Shown here in pieces: positions 58,762-64,000 of a stretch of 64,000 bases of DNA. Position 1 is the first letter of the stretch; each line of letters begins with the position of its first letter. This DNA comes from Candidatus Latescibacterota bacterium (GTDB taxonomy: Bacteria > Latescibacterota > UBA2968 > GCA-2709665): assembly GCA_965226795.1 (NCBI GenBank), contig CBDDDZ010000005.1, positions 2,528,001 through 2,592,000 of the forward strand, in the 5' to 3' direction. The position numbers and the translations under genes were made by a program. The notes below the pieces were generated by a model. It made no database searches. It was not told where the DNA came from and worked only from the letters and a program-made list of their open reading frames with translations.

Positions 58762-60459
58762 ATGCCCGATAATTGGCGAAATAAAGCTGGTGCACCCTTT
58801 GAAGTTCAAAAACAGCCGGCATCCGGATCGCGCGGCGTGGTTGCCGCCAACCACCCGATCGGCTCCGCCGCCGGCGCGCAGATGTTCGCTCTGGGAGGGA
58901 ACGCCATTGACGCCGCGGTGGCCGCACTCTTCGCCCTCAACGTGGTCGAGCCTCAGATGGTGGGTCTCCTGGGCGCGGGTTGGATCAACATTCGCCTTGC
59001 CGACGGCACGCCCGTCATCCTCGACGCCTACGCCTGCGCACCCGCCGCGGCGACGCCCGACATGTATACGCCTGTTTCCGACACATGGCCGGATTACATG
59101 CGGGCCGAAAACGACGCCAACAAAATCGGCCCGCTGGCCACCGGTGTTCCAGGCGCGCTGGAGGGATGGTGCGAGGCGCTCAAAGGTTGGGGTGTCCTGG
59201 ACCTGAAGACCGTGCTTCAGCCCGCCATCCAGGTTGCCGAAAGCGGGTTTCCCGTTAGCCGTTACCTAGCCGACTCCGTGGCACAGAATGAGCCGCTCCT
59301 CAGTAGATTTCCTGAAACAGCCCGCATATTTCTGCCCGGAGGGCGCCCGTTAGAACCCGGCATCCGCCTTGTTCAACGCGACCTGGCGGCCTCCCTGCGC
59401 GACATCGCAGATGGAGGGCCGGACGTACTCTACAACGGCCCACTGGGACAGACGATCGTCGACCACGTCCAGCGTTGCGGCGGCATGCTCTCCATGGATG
59501 ATCTGGGCGCCTATCGCGCCGTCCGGCGGAGAGCGATCAGGGGAACATACCGTGGATATGAGCTCATTGTACCGTCTCCTCCCTGCTCCGGTGGCGTACA
59601 CATTCTTCAGATCCTCAATCTTCTCGAGGGATTCAACATTGCCAACCTCGGGTTTGGCACCGCGGACGGCATTCACGTCCTCGCCGAATGCTTTAAGGTC
59701 GCCTTTGCCGACCGTACGAAATATATGGGCGACCCGGAACAGATAGACGTGCCCGTAGACTGGCTGGTATCGAAAACCTACGCTGAACAAAGACACACAG
59801 ATATCGACCTGACAGAAGCGACCTTCCCGGACGCCGGCATTCCGCCGGTCTCCGAATCCGTGTGTACCACCCATGTGACCACCGCAGATGCGGCCGGCAA
59901 CATGGCCGCCATGACCCAGACCATCAACGAAGGATTCGGCTGTAAGGTCGTTGCCCCGGGGACGGGCCTCCTCCTGAATAACAATATGGCCCTCTTCGAC
60001 CCCCACCCCGGTATGGCCAACTCAGTCGGATCCAACCGGCGTATGCTCAGCAGCAACGCGCCTACAATTGTAACCAGAAACGGCGACCCCCATATCGCAC
60101 TGGGCACCCCCGGCGGTGTACGTATCTTTCCCGCCGTACTGCAGGCCCTGGTCAACCTCATCGACCACGGAATGACCCTGCAGGAAGCCGTGGAAGCACC
60201 CAGAGTCTGGACCCAGGGCCAGGAACTGGAAGTCGAACCCGCGATCCCGCAGACCGTAAGAACCCGGCTCATTCGACGCGGTCACGACATTCGCGAGGTA
60301 AACACGGTGGCGGGCGGGATGAACGGCATCGTCTACGATCACGGCACCGGGATCATCACGGGCGCCGCGTGCTGGCGCGCCGACGGGTCTCCCGTTGCCG
60401 TTTCGGGTGGCCCGGCGCGCCCCGGGATCAGGTTCAGACCCGACGCCGGCAGCACGTAG
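58762..60459 (+). CDS. ggt: Gamma-glutamyltransferase family protein (cytoplasmic)
   Basis: GGNAIDAAVA, VVEPQ, TTH nucleophile, LLNN, LSS, GTPGG; no signal peptide. Confidence 0.92.
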   Translation: MPDNWRNKAGAPFEVQKQPASGSRGVVAANHPIGSAAGAQMFALGGNAIDAAVAALFALNVVEPQMVGLLGAGWINIRLADGTPVILDAYACAPAAATPDMYTPVSDTWPDYMRAENDANKIGPLATGVPGALEGWCEALKGWGVLDLKTVLQPAIQVAESGFPVSRYLADSVAQNEPLLSRFPETARIFLPGGRPLEPGIRLVQRDLAASLRDIADGGPDVLYNGPLGQTIVDHVQRCGGMLSMDDLGAYRAVRRRAIRGTYRGYELIVPSPPCSGGVHILQILNLLEGFNIANLGFGTADGIHVLAECFKVAFADRTKYMGDPEQIDVPVDWLVSKTYAEQRHTDIDLTEATFPDAGIPPVSESVCTTHVTTADAAGNMAAMTQTINEGFGCKVVAPGTGLLLNNNMALFDPHPGMANSVGSNRRMLSSNAPTIVTRNGDPHIALGTPGGVRIFPAVLQALVNLIDHGMTLQEAVEAPRVWTQGQELEVEPAIPQTVRTRLIRRGHDIREVNTVAGGMNGIVYDHGTGIITGAACWRADGSPVAVSGGPARPGIRFRPDAGST

Positions 60460-60569
60460 CGTAGAAGGATGTCACGAGCACCTGCTCCGTACCGCGCAAG
60501 GGCCGCGAAGCTTCCCACTACAGTATCGGGATATTCAGTCCTGTAATAACACAATAGAGGGATATTTGC

Positions 60570-63332
60570 GTGTTAAACGACTGGCTTGAAACCTGGCATG
60601 GTGAATTTGATATCCAGGAGATGCAGGATCCGAGCCGATGGCAACAGTACCGGTCTCTTGTTCAGCATCCAGCAACCATCTTCTCACCGGGCGATATTGA
60701 CCGCGCCAGGGAGAATACCTCCCGTCACCCGTGGGCGCGAAGAGCCCTGGAGACGCTTCTGGAGCGAGTCGAAGCAGCCGGTACGGTTTCCGAGGCGTGG
60801 GCGCGGACCTATATTCCGTTAACCACCCCTTACTCACCGCATTTCACCATGTGTCCGAAGTGCGAGTTCGCGCCGATGCACGGCGCTTACGACTGGTTTC
60901 CCGGTGATCCCACGCACATCCGATGCAAGGGCTGCGACGCCGTGTATCCCAACGAAGACTATCCGGAAGACGTGGTTTTCGAAAGCCGTTTCGACCCCCG
61001 GCAGAAAATTACACTCTACGGTGGGAAATCCTGGGAAGCATACGGATATGCCGCCATCCACTCCAGCTTCTCCGGCCACGCTCGCATACATCGGTGCCGG
61101 CACGCAGCCAACACCGCCGAAGATCTGGCGCTGGCCTACGCTCTGACGGGAATGCGACATTATGCGACCGGCGCCGCAATCATCCTGAAGCGGTTTGCCG
61201 ACGTCCATCCCGTGTATCTCGTACATTCCTCATACGGCGACATTGCTGATTTCGATCCGAAGATCGCTGCAACCCGGGTGGATAATCTGCCCGAAGACGA
61301 ATGGTGCCCTCCAGGCAATACACCGAACCGAACGCTGCATCCCGGATACTGGGCCGTTCTGCGCTGGGGCTCCTCCGGAGGGATGGAAGGCACATCCCTG
61401 CAAAAACTCATCCTCGCCTACGATCTGGTTGCCGAAACCCTGTCAGACGCGGAAAAACGGCATATCGAGCACGACCTGCTCCTCGACGCGGCCGTGATGC
61501 TTTTCTCGGACGACGTCATTAACAACAAGACCGGAATGAACCGGTGCGCCGTCGGCCTGATCGGAATCGTCTGCGGCGACCCGCTGCTGGTCCGCTTCGG
61601 CCTGGACGGCTTTGTGAGGGCCGTACGGGACTGGTGGCTGCCCGATGGCGGAACACCGGAATCCATCGGGTACGCCGGCATGATGCTCTCCGGCATCTGG
61701 CGCATCGCCGAAGCCCTTAAGCGCTACTCGGATCCCGATAGCGTCGATTTTCCGCCGGCGCCACTGGACCGGATGGACCTCTACAGTTGGCCGCGCTACC
61801 GTGCAGTTTGGCAGAACATGGCCCGTCCTCTATTGCCGGATCTGAACTATCCTCTGCTTGCCGACAACCGGCTGCCCTGCCACCTGTCTGCGATGTTCGC
61901 CGATATTCTCGCGCGAAATTACCCATCCGAAAACCATCGCCTGCTTCAACGCGACATCGCAGGGATGGACCGCTGTTATGCCGGCCGAATTGCACAGTTC
62001 TGGTACGGCGGCAACCTGGACACGGCGGCTGCCTTCTACCGTCGGCATGTCGAACTGCCGGAACAACCGCCCCTGTTCACAGACGACCTCGGGCCCCACC
62101 TGAACATCGGAACCCAGCGAACGGGCTTCAATGGAAATGCCGCTGCAGTCATCCTTTACGGCGCAGACTGGAAAGGCCACCACCACCACGACCATCTCAA
62201 TCTGTACTACTGGAAAGAGGGTCGCGAACTGCTCACGGACCTCGGTTATCTCTGGGATATGGAAGACCTCCGTTACGGAGTCAACCGTACCCTTGCCCAC
62301 AATCTGGTGCTGGTAGACGGGGAAGAACAGTCGACACGCAGCCGACGGGCAACCTTCCACCTTTTTTCGGTGTGTCCGCATGCGAAGGTAATGGAGGCCT
62401 CTTCAAACGTCTACCCGGGCACCTCGATCTACTGCCGGACAATCGCCACCGTAGTTAACGGTCCGGACGAATACGTCGTGGATTTCTTTCGCGTCAAAGG
62501 AGGGGAAAGACACGATTGGGTCGTGCACGGGCCGGACCGCACCCTGAAGCTATCCGGCATCCAGACCAGCCCGACAAACGCGGAGATTTACGATCTTACG
62601 CGGATCCGCACGGGCGGATCGATGTCACCCTGGTCCGCCACGTGGACGCCCGGAAACGGGAAGCCCTTCCGTGTACACATCCCTGCATGCGAACGTGAAC
62701 AGGTGTTTATCGGCCAGGGATTCGGACAGCGCCAAGCCCGCGACCGGGGCGCCACCATACCGTATCTGGTGCGCCGCCGTAACGACGGCGTCGGTACTTT
62801 TGTGACGGTATATTCCAATGGGTCCGCCGTCAGATCCGTCCGTATCCTCTACCTGAACCAGACGACCCTCGCAACCGTTGTTGAGGTCACGACCAACGCC
62901 GGAAAGGATCTTATAATCAGCGCCGGATCCGGACAGACCCCCGAAGCCATCCAGCCGAACGACCATCCCCTGAGATTCAATGGCCGATTCGGCCTCATCT
63001 CGGGTAGAGATGCCTGGCTTGTGGGGGGTACATGTCTTCAACACGGCGATGTCGCCCTCGAACACGAATTCGCGGCGCTGGCCGGTCCCGTCCTGGAAAC
63101 CTACGTAACCGAAAGGGAATCCGGCCTGGTGACCCTTGGCGAGACGACCACGTTGCGCCAGCTGGAAGGCAGACACGTTTTCGTAACCGACAAAAAGCGA
63201 ATCATCCGTGCTTACCCTGTCCTCGGACTGACGCAGTCCGAAGGCCGTCCTGTGCTTGTCACCCGACGTGGCGACAAGGGCTACGATATCCGTGCCGGAG
63301 AGACGTGGAGGGCCTGGTCCGAGACGTCCTGA
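60570..63332 (+). CDS. Heparinase II/III-family protein with N-terminal CxxC/CxxC motif
   Basis: DGGTPESIGY, HHHHDHLNL, DLGY, AHNLVLVDG; no signal peptide. Confidence 0.8.
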   Translation: MLNDWLETWHGEFDIQEMQDPSRWQQYRSLVQHPATIFSPGDIDRARENTSRHPWARRALETLLERVEAAGTVSEAWARTYIPLTTPYSPHFTMCPKCEFAPMHGAYDWFPGDPTHIRCKGCDAVYPNEDYPEDVVFESRFDPRQKITLYGGKSWEAYGYAAIHSSFSGHARIHRCRHAANTAEDLALAYALTGMRHYATGAAIILKRFADVHPVYLVHSSYGDIADFDPKIAATRVDNLPEDEWCPPGNTPNRTLHPGYWAVLRWGSSGGMEGTSLQKLILAYDLVAETLSDAEKRHIEHDLLLDAAVMLFSDDVINNKTGMNRCAVGLIGIVCGDPLLVRFGLDGFVRAVRDWWLPDGGTPESIGYAGMMLSGIWRIAEALKRYSDPDSVDFPPAPLDRMDLYSWPRYRAVWQNMARPLLPDLNYPLLADNRLPCHLSAMFADILARNYPSENHRLLQRDIAGMDRCYAGRIAQFWYGGNLDTAAAFYRRHVELPEQPPLFTDDLGPHLNIGTQRTGFNGNAAAVILYGADWKGHHHHDHLNLYYWKEGRELLTDLGYLWDMEDLRYGVNRTLAHNLVLVDGEEQSTRSRRATFHLFSVCPHAKVMEASSNVYPGTSIYCRTIATVVNGPDEYVVDFFRVKGGERHDWVVHGPDRTLKLSGIQTSPTNAEIYDLTRIRTGGSMSPWSATWTPGNGKPFRVHIPACEREQVFIGQGFGQRQARDRGATIPYLVRRRNDGVGTFVTVYSNGSAVRSVRILYLNQTTLATVVEVTTNAGKDLIISAGSGQTPEAIQPNDHPLRFNGRFGLISGRDAWLVGGTCLQHGDVALEHEFAALAGPVLETYVTERESGLVTLGETTTLRQLEGRHVFVTDKKRIIRAYPVLGLTQSEGRPVLVTRRGDKGYDIRAGETWRAWSETS

Positions 63333-63472
63333 CCATCGGAACGGACCGCGGGCGAAATTGTACCGGTAGATATCGGGCTATACGAACGGCTGATTGATGG
63401 AACTTCGAACCCACCGAAGTGTTTTAAAGGTTAACCCGTTTCATCATCCCTCCCTTTTCCGCAGGGGCCTCA

Positions 63473-64000
63473 ATGATGTCCGGACCGTTCTTCCGCGCCC
63501 TATCCGTTGCTGCCTTTATGCTTTTTTTTTCGGGTCCGACCGGAGGAGAGCCTCCGGCGCCGGCCGATTCACTGAAAAACCAGCCACCACAACGTTCGGA
63601 TGGTTTATCACGTCCGGAACTGCTGAAACGACTACGACAGAGACGAATGCAAAACCGGGAGATTCAGAAATACCATGCAATAATCGAGTTCGCACTTGAG
63701 CGCCTGTTGGTCCGACGATCACCCTTGGATAACATGCCGGCCGCCAGCCCCGGCTCTGGTTTTGCCTTCAACATGCCCATCGCGAAATCCGATCCCAACA
63801 TCGACTACAAGCTGCGTGTTCTCAAGACTCCGTCCGTACCATACCAGAGGGAGCCGATCCGCCCCAATCCCGACCATTCAAACGGAAGTAACGCGACGGG
63901 GCAATTGCCCTCCGAAGCAAAAAAGGCTCCGGCAGAAGCCGGAGCCTTTTCACCGTCTGGTTCAAACCGATACCGGGGTGATTTCGCCCTGGAACGACTA
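63473..64000 (+). CDS. Small exported hypothetical protein; frame stays open through a terminator to the window edge
   Basis: Manual translation MMSGPFFRALSVAAFMLFFSG...DNMPAASPG..FNMPIAKSDPNIDYKLRV; AGGGG upstream. Not in the ORF track. Confidence 0.55.
   Translation, partial: MMSGPFFRALSVAAFMLFFSGPTGGEPPAPADSLKNQPPQRSDGLSRPELLKRLRQRRMQNREIQKYHAIIEFALERLLVRRSPLDNMPAASPGSGFAFNMPIAKSDPNIDYKLRVLKTPSVPYQREPIRPNPDHSNGSNATGQLPSEAKKAPAEAGAFSPSGSNRYRGDFALERL
63919..63950. terminator. Bidirectional intrinsic terminator
   Basis: aaaaggctccggc-agaa-gccggagcctttt. Confidence 0.85.

Overview
High-GC bacterial chromosomal window. The gene content (GWxTD proteins, PorV-like barrel, DUF6785, dockerin-like tails, sulfatase, heparinase II/III-like proteins) suggests an FCB-superphylum organism such as Ca. 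Latescibacterota or a Gemmatimonadota relative; this is inference only. Left part (1-34.5 kb) is a cell-envelope region. Its core is a co-directional minus-strand block: GWxTD/TPR - OM beta-barrel - TonB-dependent receptor - T9SS-CTD-like cargo - PorV-like - TMTC-like glycosyltransferase - second GWxTD/TPR. The block is bracketed by direct copies of a REP-like element. Nearby are damaged GT-C-like membrane genes, a DUF3179 lipoprotein, two proteins with dockerin-like tails, a DUF6785 membrane protein and a TBDR/DUF4249 pair. Right part (34.7-63.3 kb) is a mostly cytoplasmic catabolic region: two zinc-ribbon heparinase II/III-like proteins, sulfatase, mannonate dehydratase, RraA/HMG aldolase, Ldh_2 and other dehydrogenases, an enolase-superfamily enzyme with an atypical active site, a ceramidase-like protein and GGT. 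No rRNA, tRNA, CRISPR array, integrase or transposase was recognised. All family calls come from motif recognition by eye, not database searches.
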